A stretch of 64,000 bases of DNA from an uncultured delta proteobacterium. GTDB taxonomy: Bacteria; Desulfobacterota; Syntrophia; Syntrophales; Smithellaceae. Below, one piece after another: positions 11,101 through 18,450 of this stretch; the stretch's first letter is position 1; every line of letters begins with the position of its first letter. The stretch covers positions 1,429,859 through 1,493,858 of the forward strand of contig CAWEQT010000001.1 of the NCBI GenBank assembly GCA_963811325.1, in the 5' to 3' direction. Under the pieces are notes generated by a model. That model searched no databases. It was not told the DNA's origin and worked only from the letters and a program-made list of their open reading frames with translations. Position numbers and translations under genes: made by a program.

Positions 11101-11239
11101 GAACCGTTTTACCGATCAGCGGCGCAATCAGGGATGGTATTGCCGCGATATCATGGCTATACAATACACGTTCCATCTCGTTAAAATTAACGCGATTCCC
11201 AAATCTTTTTTCCAGAAATTCTTTGTGCTTCCCGTCCAT
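8168..11239 (-). CDS. FAD-linked oxidase (GlcD-like) fused to a 4Fe-4S and 2x CCG (GlpC/HdrD-like) domain; YdiJ-like architecture, putative 2-hydroxyacid (lactate/glycolate) dehydrogenase
   Basis: 1023 aa. The N-terminal FAD_binding_4-type region contains PRAKASSGYGG. Ferredoxin motifs are CSQCGYCVEEC and CTTCELCNLRC. Two CCG-type Cys motifs are present (FAGC...CCGTP; WHDSCH...CCGS). An AGGGGG SD lies 8 nt before the ATG. It has an unusual Met/Pro-rich C-terminal tail. Confidence 0.8.
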   Translation of the reverse strand: MDGKHKEFLEKRFGNRVNFNEMERVLYSHDIAAIPSLIAPLIGKTVPDAVVQPQNEEELVDLVNWARQNNIALTPRAKASSGYGGVLPVKQGIVVDFFRMNHILSIDPQNQTVTCQAGAVWEKVDAALAKDGLTVNLYPSSYPGSTIGGWLAQGGAGFGSYQYGWFRENVVSARVILPDGSIRVFITSNLDLIADAEGTTGFIIDLTMKIQPKGDLQIVAIGCPDANDLQRIVEDIIKADLPLWSLVFINPRMAEMKNRSPLMEHNGHPIEERVLLPAAYIATLAFWKKDKPQIMQKLTEILRRCQGEILSERIAEHEWKNRFKIMVVKRLGPSLVPAEVVIPLSKLGRFMAEIENKINQPIVKEGTVIRKGKDGKPEVVILGFIPADQRKFSYNLVFSLSLSVMKIAESNGGRAYSTGLYFKSKAKKVLGKDRLARMKAFKNQIDDKGIFNPGKVIGYSVMDSAVSIGAVMEPLIRPFGNYVITHIGERKSYPLNDIPADVVWYAYSCSQCGYCVEECDQFYGRGWESQSPRGKWYWLREYLEGRAKWTQAQIDTFLVCTTCELCNLRCSAALPIEPAWMKLRGKLINQEKRMTFPPFEMMAEALRSEGNIWAGYRKNRAEWFPKDLKEKHGPGHKAPAVYFAGCTASYVEYDIAIAAVRLLDKAGVDFTYAGNPENCCGTPMLVAGKWDLFADVMRKNIEVVKHSGADTVISSCPACDMMWRNVYPEWAKKLGIEYNIKARHYSEVVAEKIKSGEFVFPANNMKPVTVTWHDSCHIGRASGVYEPPRDMIKAIPNVNFVEMEHNREKGHCCGSVLTLIKDPPVAADIGKTRLDDAIENGAQKVLALCPCCQVQLRITAKKKNMPLEIVDLAHFAGNALGYDFPDPNPDVHSQWGVFDAFISLMTPQGFANLMGTMWPQLIDAMPFGMGPMMKAMGKIPGALTVMKPMFPVLFPILLPLMMPKVMPVMLERVTAQIAMPDYMREQMPELMPKVMDNLMPHMIVDVVPLVTQPMIDYLRGKTK

Positions 11240-11322
11240 TGAATAACCCCCTGTTTCTGTACTCTTATCAGGTTATATTAACTTTATATATTCAGTATGT
11301 TTTGATGCGGCATTTCAATTGA

Positions 11323-11344
11323 CGCGGCAGACTGGTCTGCCGCG
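11323..11344. other. Perfect GC-rich palindrome/hairpin between two minus-strand genes
   Basis: cgcggcagac-tg-gtctgccgcg forms 10-nt perfect inverted arms. No U-tract follows on either strand. Confidence 0.4.
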
Positions 11345-11358
11345 CGAATTAACAAAAT

Positions 11359-12579
11359 TTAAAAAGTATACGCCAGTCCCATATCAATGGAATATTGAGA
11401 CATTTCTGTCTCATAATTGGCGATAGCCTGGCCCGCAGGCGGATATCCCGCATTGGAACCGTTAAGTTTTACTGTTGGTGAATACATTCCACCTATATTG
11501 AGCGTCAGATTTTTGGTGATGTTTAGTCCGAGACCCGCTGTAAAGTGTTGCTCCGAAACAGCGGGGAATGCGATATTCTCGAAAGCCCGACCACTATCGA
11601 GCGGCATTTTCCCGTAGTTATACCCGGCCCGTAAGACCAGCATCGAATTAACTGTATACTGAACTCCGAGCTTGTAGACAAACTGGTTAGACCAATCAAG
11701 ATTCCATGGCAGGGCCCCGCTGGAATTTTGATCATACTTGGGCAAGTCCGTTCCATTTGTTTCCGACCAATTTATCCACTCAACATCGAAGCCGATTAAA
11801 AGGTCTTTGATTGGCTTTACGCCAAATCCTACAGTGGCTATTTCCGGCTGATCAAATTCTATCTTATCCTCACCGGAACTGGTGTTAAAGTCAAAATCCT
11901 GGAAATAACTTCTTGTTTCATAAGCAAGTCCGATCTGAATCATATCGATTGGTTTTATCAACACGCCAAATGTAGCCCCGTATCCGAAAGAAGATGCTCC
12001 CATATGAGGCTGTTGATCAGGTAAACCGCTGGCTGCATCAAATTCCATAGTGGCGTACATAATATTAACAACAGCCCCTACAGATATCATATCGTTGATT
12101 TTATAAGAGAGACCCGGCGCAAACCGCATCTGTGAGTAGGATGTATAAGTGACACCGCCGTAAAGATTACTTTTATAATCCACACCCATGCCGGCAACGC
12201 CATAAGCGCCTATGCCGAACTTGATCCTGTCCGTTAATGGAACGATCAATCCAAAAGCCGGAACCGGTGAGGCACCGCGATCAGAATCCATTTTGGCGCC
12301 ATCATTCATAATCGCCCCGGAACCGGCGGCGCCAGTTGCCGTATATGAAACTGAAGGTTTAAAATATGACGCGCCAAAATCAATTCTTCCTGTTAAGAAA
12401 CTCATTCCTGCCGGATTTGTCAAGACCGAAGCGGCATCCAGCGGAACTCCAACACTGACGCCGCCCATGGAATCCTGCACCGGACCGAAGCCGATCATCC
12501 GCATGCCGTTGGTCGCGTAAGCATTACCGGCAATCATGATCACTGCGACAACACTCATTAATGTAATGATTTTTTTCAT
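11359..12579 (-). CDS. Outer-membrane transport protein, FadL/OmpP1/TodX family
   Basis: The signal peptide is MKKIITLMSVVAVIMIAGNAYA. The sequence is Gly/Tyr/aromatic-rich with beta-strand periodicity. The C-terminal ...GLAYTF carries the terminal Phe typical of OM beta-barrels. Start 12579 was chosen because GGAGG-rich sequence lies directly upstream; the track start 12639 adds 20 unlikely residues. Confidence 0.75.
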   Translation of the reverse strand: MKKIITLMSVVAVIMIAGNAYATNGMRMIGFGPVQDSMGGVSVGVPLDAASVLTNPAGMSFLTGRIDFGASYFKPSVSYTATGAAGSGAIMNDGAKMDSDRGASPVPAFGLIVPLTDRIKFGIGAYGVAGMGVDYKSNLYGGVTYTSYSQMRFAPGLSYKINDMISVGAVVNIMYATMEFDAASGLPDQQPHMGASSFGYGATFGVLIKPIDMIQIGLAYETRSYFQDFDFNTSSGEDKIEFDQPEIATVGFGVKPIKDLLIGFDVEWINWSETNGTDLPKYDQNSSGALPWNLDWSNQFVYKLGVQYTVNSMLVLRAGYNYGKMPLDSGRAFENIAFPAVSEQHFTAGLGLNITKNLTLNIGGMYSPTVKLNGSNAGYPPAGQAIANYETEMSQYSIDMGLAYTF

Positions 12580-12728
12580 AACTCTTCCTCCCCCTCTTCT
12601 TTCCTTTAAAATTTTTGATTTATTGATATTATAAGGCATTGTTTCATGAAGACCTCCAACGCCCCCTTCCCTTAAGTAATATTTAGATTACTTCGCCATA
12701 CTTGCCCACATAACGAACAATTAAAAAC

Positions 12729-13109
12729 TTATTTCCTTGGTGCGGTAACTTTGCGTTTTACAGATTTATTGTTCGATATATCATTTGATGCTTCAATCAT
12801 ACGGGAAATTACCCTTTCTCTTACCTGATGTTGTTCCACTAATACTTCCCGCATTAAAGTGCAGGCCTGAATGATTTTGGGATTGGCTATTTTGTACAAT
12901 AATTGTTGCCCTTCACGCCGGGATACAATAACCCCTTTTGATTTCAGCACATTTATATGTTGCGATATATTCACTTTGCTTAAACCCGTTTTGTGCATAA
13001 TTTCATGGGTGGATGTTTCTTTGTCTTTAAGTAAATTAATAATTTCCAGACGTGTCTCATTGGCAAAAACTTTACAAATATCAGCCTGAAGCTTAAAAAT
13101 ATTTTCCAT
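12729..13109 (-). CDS. ArsR/SmtB-family transcriptional regulator
   Basis: The winged-HTH signature is FKVFANETRLEIINLL...THEIMHKTGLSKVNISQHINVLKSKGVIVSRREGQQLLYKI. The ATG at 13109 lies 5 nt after GGAG. Confidence 0.85.
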   Translation of the reverse strand: MENIFKLQADICKVFANETRLEIINLLKDKETSTHEIMHKTGLSKVNISQHINVLKSKGVIVSRREGQQLLYKIANPKIIQACTLMREVLVEQHQVRERVISRMIEASNDISNNKSVKRKVTAPRK

Positions 13110-13416
13110 GTTTACTCCATCAGTGGGCAAAGTATTGGCAGTCATAATAGAATTGCAATATTATCTTCCCTTTTATCTATAGTTTACAAGTTAAGATGTT
13201 TGTATTTTATATAATTTACATTATTATAAATGTCAACATAAAAATAATAAGAAATATATTTCCTGAATTATACTTTAGTTGATAGCCGTTTCTATGTAAT
13301 TTCCCCCTTAAAACAGTAAATTGTTATCCTCAATTGAATTAAGATGTTGCAAATAATGATCATTGGTTATGTTTCCCAAATTGTTTGTCTAAACATTTAA
13401 AAAACAATTATAACTC

Positions 13417-13445
13417 TTGACAAGTAATGAGCATATGCTTATAAT
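13417..13445 (+). promoter_or_regulatory. Consensus sigma70-type promoter (TTGACA-17-TATAAT) with an embedded palindrome AGCATATGCT
   Basis: TTGACA is at 13417-13422, followed by a 17-nt spacer and TATAAT at 13440-13445. This lies 25 nt upstream of the DUF134 gene ATG. The spacer holds the perfect 10-bp palindrome agcatatgct. Confidence 0.6.
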
Positions 13446-13470
13446 AACTTAAAAGGAGTAATTAAATCGA

Positions 13471-13815
13471 ATGCCACGACCTAAATGTCTTCGTAATATC
13501 TGTGGGATCCCTGACAAAAATTATTTCAAGCCAAGGGGTATACCCACAGTTGATCTGGAAGAAGTGGTTTTAACCCTTGATGAATTCGAAGCCGTTCGTC
13601 TGGCTGATTATGAACAATTGTATCAGGAGGAAGCGGCGACCAGTATGAGCATATCCCGCCAGACATTCGGCAGGATAATTGAAAAGGCGCACAAAAAAAT
13701 AGCTGACGTTTTGCTTAACGGCAAAGCATTAAAAATCGAAGGCGGAGAAGTTAATTTGGAAGAAATGAAGCCGCACTGCCGGGCAAAAAGGCACATGGCG
13801 GGAAAAAATAAATAA
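13471..13815 (+). CDS. DUF134/UPF0251-family putative DNA-binding protein
   Basis: MPRPKCLRNI...YFKPRGIP...LTLDEFEAVRLADYEQLYQEEAA..MSISRQTFGRIIEKAHKKIADVL matches the DUF134 pattern, with a sigma-70 region-4-like HTH. Confidence 0.8.
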   Translation: MPRPKCLRNICGIPDKNYFKPRGIPTVDLEEVVLTLDEFEAVRLADYEQLYQEEAATSMSISRQTFGRIIEKAHKKIADVLLNGKALKIEGGEVNLEEMKPHCRAKRHMAGKNK

Positions 13816-13834
13816 TATTTTAAAGGAGAAATTT

Positions 13835-14197
13835 ATGAAAATCGCATTACCGTCAAACCAAAATCAGATTGATGAACACTTTGGACACTGTGAATATTTC
13901 ACTGTATTCACCATTGATGATCAGAAAAAAATTCTGTCGGAGGAAAAGATTTCATCGCCAGCCGGATGTGGCTGCAAATCGAATATCGCCTCTACTCTTG
14001 CTCAGATGGGTGTAAAAATGATGTTAGCGGGAAATATGGGACAAGGCGCCGTAAACGTTCTGAACAATCAGGGCATCGATGTTCTGCGCGGATGTTCGGG
14101 CAATGTTAAAGATATAACCGTAAGCTGGCTCGCTGGTAAACTCAACGATTCCGGTATTTCCTGTAGTCAGCATGAACACGCTTGTCATGAGGACTAG
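13835..14197 (+). CDS. NifB/NifX-family (dinitrogenase Fe-Mo cofactor biosynthesis domain) protein
   Basis: MKIALPS....IDEHFGHCEYFTVFTID is the typical N-terminus of PF02579-type proteins. The 120-aa size fits the family. Confidence 0.75.
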   Translation: MKIALPSNQNQIDEHFGHCEYFTVFTIDDQKKILSEEKISSPAGCGCKSNIASTLAQMGVKMMLAGNMGQGAVNVLNNQGIDVLRGCSGNVKDITVSWLAGKLNDSGISCSQHEHACHED

Positions 14198-14269
14198 TAC
14201 CCGGACTTTAACTGTTTAATTGTGACTCTGTTCAGAGAACTTGCTACTCATCGTTGCAGGATATTTATA

Positions 14270-14899
14270 ATGTGTGGTGCAAAACATGATTTTGATAAAG
14301 ACGCTGCTTCCTGGGATGACAAACCCGGGCGGGTCAAGTTAGTTAAAGATATAGCGAATGCAATAACCAGAGAAATAAATTTGACCCCATCTATGGATGT
14401 TCTGGACTTCGGCTGTGGTACGGGTTTGTTAACCACGCAGTTACAGCCATTTGTTCGCTCCATCACAGGTGTAGACAGCTCTCGGGGAATGTTGGATGTT
14501 CTCAAACGTAAGATTAAAGATCAGAAGTTGAAAAATGTGCAGACTCGTTACCTGGATATTGAGAAAGACGGCATTTTGGAAGGCAGTTATAATATGATTG
14601 CAAGCAGCATGACTTTTCATCACATCAGGAACATCAGGTTTGTTCTGGATCAATTCTACAACATTTTGCTTTCCGCAGGTAATCTTTGCATTGCCGACCT
14701 GGATGTTGATGGCGGTCAGTTTCACGAAAACAATGATGGTGTTTTTCACTCCGGTTTTGACCGGGAAAGTCTGAGCCATGTTATCAAGGAAGCAGGATTT
14801 CAAGATATCAGATGTCAGACGGCAGCCAAAATAACGAAACCGGTTCAAGGTGAAAGAAACAGAGAATTTACAATATTTCTCATTACAGGTTGTAAATGA
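14270..14899 (+). CDS. Class I SAM-dependent methyltransferase
   Basis: Motif I reads VLDFGCGTGLLT, with post-I VDSS and motif II-like DMIASSMTFHH. ATG 14270 is preferred over the GTG 14222 track start. Confidence 0.75.
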   Translation: MCGAKHDFDKDAASWDDKPGRVKLVKDIANAITREINLTPSMDVLDFGCGTGLLTTQLQPFVRSITGVDSSRGMLDVLKRKIKDQKLKNVQTRYLDIEKDGILEGSYNMIASSMTFHHIRNIRFVLDQFYNILLSAGNLCIADLDVDGGQFHENNDGVFHSGFDRESLSHVIKEAGFQDIRCQTAAKITKPVQGERNREFTIFLITGCK

Positions 14900-14945
14900 T
14901 AGAAATATAAACTGTTATTTGCATTCTTGTTGGAGGACATTGGCT

Positions 14946-15437
14946 ATGAACATATGTGATATCATTTATTGGCCCATCGGAATCATCCACAGCGGACATA
15001 AAATCGCGAAAAAAACGCCCATTCAGCCCGTTTATGCAAAAGGTTGCAAAGGACATGTCGAACTGTGTCCCGAGTTTTCTGAAGGTCTGTGTGATCTGAA
15101 TGGTTTTTCACACATTTACTTGATTTATCATTTTCATAAAGAGAGAACCGTCAGTCTGCTTGTTAAGCCCTTTCTTCAAGATGAGGAACATGGAATATTC
15201 GCAACAAGGGCACCCTGCCGTCCCAACGCTATCGGTCTGAGTGTGGTGAAACTGACCGGTATTAAAGGAAATATTCTGTATCTGGATAACGTGGATATTC
15301 TTGATAGCACACCGCTTCTGGATATCAAGCCCTATACGGCCAAGTTCGACCTGCACAATATTAAGAAAAATGGCTGGCAGGACAAGGTGGATAAACAAAC
15401 AGCAACAAAAAGAGGAAAACGAGGGTATCGTTCATAA
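14946..15437 (+). CDS. TrmO/TsaA (YaeB)-family SAM-dependent methyltransferase
   Basis: GIIHSG...PIQP...GFSHIYLIYHFH...GIFATRAPCRPNAIGLSVVKL...LDSTPLLDIKPY are family hallmarks. ATG 14946 lies after GGAGGA. Confidence 0.8.
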   Translation: MNICDIIYWPIGIIHSGHKIAKKTPIQPVYAKGCKGHVELCPEFSEGLCDLNGFSHIYLIYHFHKERTVSLLVKPFLQDEEHGIFATRAPCRPNAIGLSVVKLTGIKGNILYLDNVDILDSTPLLDIKPYTAKFDLHNIKKNGWQDKVDKQTATKRGKRGYRS

Positions 15438-15560
15438 AAATGTCTTTGGATTGCACTCCATGTTTTTCCTTCAGTCAGGGACACGGTCAGAATATCTGCC
15501 TCATTGGATGCAGACTGGAAACTTTTGATGCACAATGTTTTGCAATGGAGAAAATAAAGT

Positions 15561-15818
15561 ATGCCGACCTACGAATATAAATGCAGCCGCTGCGGTCTAT
15601 ATTTTGAGAGACAACAAAGCATAAATGACGCGCCTGTCTCAATTTGTCCCGAATGTCAAGGGGAAGTTCGGCGGCAAATAAGCGGCGGAAGCGGTTTTAT
15701 CATGAAATCAGCAGGTGTCGGTCGACGCGATCAAATGAAGGGCTGTTCCCTCGAAGAAACGGGAAAAACATGCTGTGGCGCGGATAGAAAGTGTGGAGAA
15801 TCACATTGCGGAAATTGA
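15561..15818 (+). CDS. FmdB-family zinc-ribbon protein (CxxC_CxxC_SSSS)
   Basis: MPTYEYKCSRCGLYFERQQSINDAPVSICPECQG is the canonical N-terminal zinc ribbon. The tail is Cys-rich. Confidence 0.75.
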   Translation: MPTYEYKCSRCGLYFERQQSINDAPVSICPECQGEVRRQISGGSGFIMKSAGVGRRDQMKGCSLEETGKTCCGADRKCGESHCGN

Positions 15819-15839
15819 ACAGGAGGATTAAAATATTAA

Positions 15840-16730
15840 ATGGAAATGGAAAAAGATAAAAAGACCTGCGATACATGCAGTGATACCAGTTGTTCCGCTG
15901 CCAAACAACAACAGGGGGAAAGCACAGAAGACTATGCCGACCGACGTAAACTGGAGGCGACATTATGCCGCATCCAGAAAAAAATTGTAGTGCTCTCCGG
16001 TAAAGGAGGCGTCGGTAAAAGCACCGTTGCCATCAATCTGGCCTGTTCTCTAATGCTTTCCGGCCTGCGCGTGGGACTGCTGGATGTGGATATTCACGGT
16101 CCCAGTGTGCCGACCATGCTGGGCTTGGAAAACGAAACTATAACCGGCGGTCCAGACGAAATCTTTCCCGTTGAATTGGGAAATATGAAGGTTATGTCTT
16201 TGGGTTTTCTTTTGCAAAACCCCGATGATGCTATCATCTGGCGGGGACCGATGAAAATGGGTGTCATAAAGCAGTTTCTGACAGATGTACACTGGGGAGG
16301 CCTGGATTATCTCATTGTGGATGCCCCTCCCGGAACCGGAGATGAACCTCTTTCGTTATGCCAGTTGATTCAACCGTTGGATGGAGCGGTGATCGTTACC
16401 ACACCACAGAGGGTAGCCGCAGTTGATGTGCGCAAATCGATAAGCTTTTGCAAACGGGTTGATGTGCCTGTTTTAGGTGTTATTGAAAACATGAGCGGAT
16501 TTGTCTGCCCGAAATGCGGTGAAATCACACAAATTTTACCCGCAGGCGGTGGAAAGATAATTGCCAGGGATATGAATGTACCCTATCTTGGTGCTATTCC
16601 CATAGATCCGGCTATTGCTCAGTCCAGTGACGAGGGCCGCGCATTCATCCATCATTATGCATCAAGTCCGACGGCAAAAATTATGCAGGATATCATCAAT
16701 AGGATTATGGTCTTAAATAAAACAAATTAG
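15840..16730 (+). CDS. mrp: Mrp/NBP35/ApbC-family Fe-S cluster carrier ATPase
   Basis: Deviant Walker A VLSGKGGVGKST is present. The CPKC motif (FVCPKCGE) is characteristic of Mrp/NBP35. The N-terminal leader is Cys-rich (CDTCSDTSC). Confidence 0.85.
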   Translation: MEMEKDKKTCDTCSDTSCSAAKQQQGESTEDYADRRKLEATLCRIQKKIVVLSGKGGVGKSTVAINLACSLMLSGLRVGLLDVDIHGPSVPTMLGLENETITGGPDEIFPVELGNMKVMSLGFLLQNPDDAIIWRGPMKMGVIKQFLTDVHWGGLDYLIVDAPPGTGDEPLSLCQLIQPLDGAVIVTTPQRVAAVDVRKSISFCKRVDVPVLGVIENMSGFVCPKCGEITQILPAGGGKIIARDMNVPYLGAIPIDPAIAQSSDEGRAFIHHYASSPTAKIMQDIINRIMVLNKTN

Positions 16731-16837
16731 TCGGCGCGCCAACGGAACAACAATGGAAACTGATTGCGGACTTTTTGCAGACACGTTACAGGTTGGAGAA
16801 AACGTCTGCTACAACTAAAAAATAAAGAGGAATCATT

Positions 16838-17791
16838 GTGACTCAAACCCAGTTGAGAGCGGTTGATAGGGTTGAGGTGCTGACGTTGCAAGACAACTAC
16901 ATCGAAATGACTGCGATGGACGACAACGCAGTCATTTCACGAGCCATGCCTCTCAAGGCCGGAGAAATCCGTACCTCCGTTTTAGCGGAACATGGTTTTT
17001 CCGCCTTGGTCAAAACCACCATCATCAACAAAACCCATACACTGCTTTTTGATTTTGGTTTTTCCGAAGACGGAGCTGCACAAAACGCCAAAACCCTTGG
17101 TGTCGATATGACCGAAGTCGAAGCTGTGGCGCTTTCGCATGGACATAGCGACCACACAAGTGGCATGGCAAAGCTGGCTGTTTTAATTGGCAGGAAAAAC
17201 GTTCCCTTTGTTACGCATCCGTCTGTATTCAAGTCACCTCGTTATCTGAAATACGGCGAAGAATTCAAAATAAACTTCCCAAAATTTACGCGTGATATGG
17301 TTCAATCCGCAGGACTTACCGTTGTTGAAGCGGAAAACCCATACGCTCTACTGGACAATACCATTTTATTTCTGGGAGAAATTCCGCGTTCAACAGACTT
17401 TGAAAAAGGCTTTTCCATCGCCCATTGTCAAAGAGATGGCAAGGAAGTTTGGGATGCAATTGAAGACGATACGTCCATTGTTATGAATCTGAAAAATAAA
17501 GGCCTGATCATTCTTTCCGGCTGTGCCCACTCGGGCATTGTCAACACAGTATTACACGCAATAGAAATGACTGGTATCAATCAGATTCACGTTGTGATGG
17601 GCGGATTTCACTTGTCCGGTCCATTTTTCGAACCGATTATTGACCGCACTACGCAGGAGCTTCAGAAATTTCATCCAGTCTATATAATTCCAACACATTG
17701 CACAGGCCGCAAAGCAATCATGACTATGGAAAAACAAATGCCTGATCAGTTTATTTTGAATATGGCGGGAACAAAACTCACTTTTACATAA
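16838..17791 (+). CDS. MBL-fold metallo-hydrolase (COG1237-like)
   Basis: LSHGHSDHTSG (HxHxDH variant), GCAHSG and later IPTHCTG are present. The GTG start lies after AAAGAGGA. Confidence 0.75.
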   Translation: MTQTQLRAVDRVEVLTLQDNYIEMTAMDDNAVISRAMPLKAGEIRTSVLAEHGFSALVKTTIINKTHTLLFDFGFSEDGAAQNAKTLGVDMTEVEAVALSHGHSDHTSGMAKLAVLIGRKNVPFVTHPSVFKSPRYLKYGEEFKINFPKFTRDMVQSAGLTVVEAENPYALLDNTILFLGEIPRSTDFEKGFSIAHCQRDGKEVWDAIEDDTSIVMNLKNKGLIILSGCAHSGIVNTVLHAIEMTGINQIHVVMGGFHLSGPFFEPIIDRTTQELQKFHPVYIIPTHCTGRKAIMTMEKQMPDQFILNMAGTKLTFT

Positions 17792-17818
17792 AAGAAGTAC
17801 AATGACGAAGGAGATGAC

Positions 17819-18301
17819 ATGACAGAAAAGGCATTTCAGGATTATTACCCGGACTATTTCAGCCATTGTTACGGTTGCGGCCGACTCAATGAACAGGGCA
17901 TGCAGATCAAAAGCTACTGGGAAGGAGAGGAGACTGTCTGCATCCATGAACCTAAAGATTACCACTCTGCCGTTCCCGGGTATGTGTATGGCGGCCTCAT
18001 CGCCTCGCTGATTGATTGCCACTCCATGGGCACTGCTGCCGCGGCCAAGTACCGTGCCGAAAATCGGGAGATGGGCACTGAACCCGCCCTGCGTTTTATG
18101 ACAGCTTCTCTACAGGTGAATTATTTACGTCCAACGCCATTGGGCGGGCCATTGGAAATCCGCAGCACAGTCAAGGAAATTAAAGGACGTAAGGTTATTG
18201 TGGAATCACGACTTCTTGCCAGCGGGAAAATCTGCGCGACAGGCGAAGTTGTCGCTGTGCAGGTACCCGAACATATGACGCCGGCCAACACAAAAATATA
18301 A
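17819..18301 (+). CDS. PaaI/hotdog-fold thioesterase
   Basis: 160 aa. GYVYGGLIASLIDCHSMG is the typical PaaI-type catalytic region. An N-terminal CxxC-like HCYGCG is present. Confidence 0.7.
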   Translation: MTEKAFQDYYPDYFSHCYGCGRLNEQGMQIKSYWEGEETVCIHEPKDYHSAVPGYVYGGLIASLIDCHSMGTAAAAKYRAENREMGTEPALRFMTASLQVNYLRPTPLGGPLEIRSTVKEIKGRKVIVESRLLASGKICATGEVVAVQVPEHMTPANTKI

Positions 18302-18450
18302 CAGTGGGGCTGAATAAATATCTATTGTGTTTACTTAGATCAATGCAATCGAATTTACAGATTGTTAATTGAAGAAGAGATAAGGTACCACTTGCATGCA
18401 CGAACTATCAAAAAATTGTCCATTTTACTTTTAAACAGGAGAAAAATACT

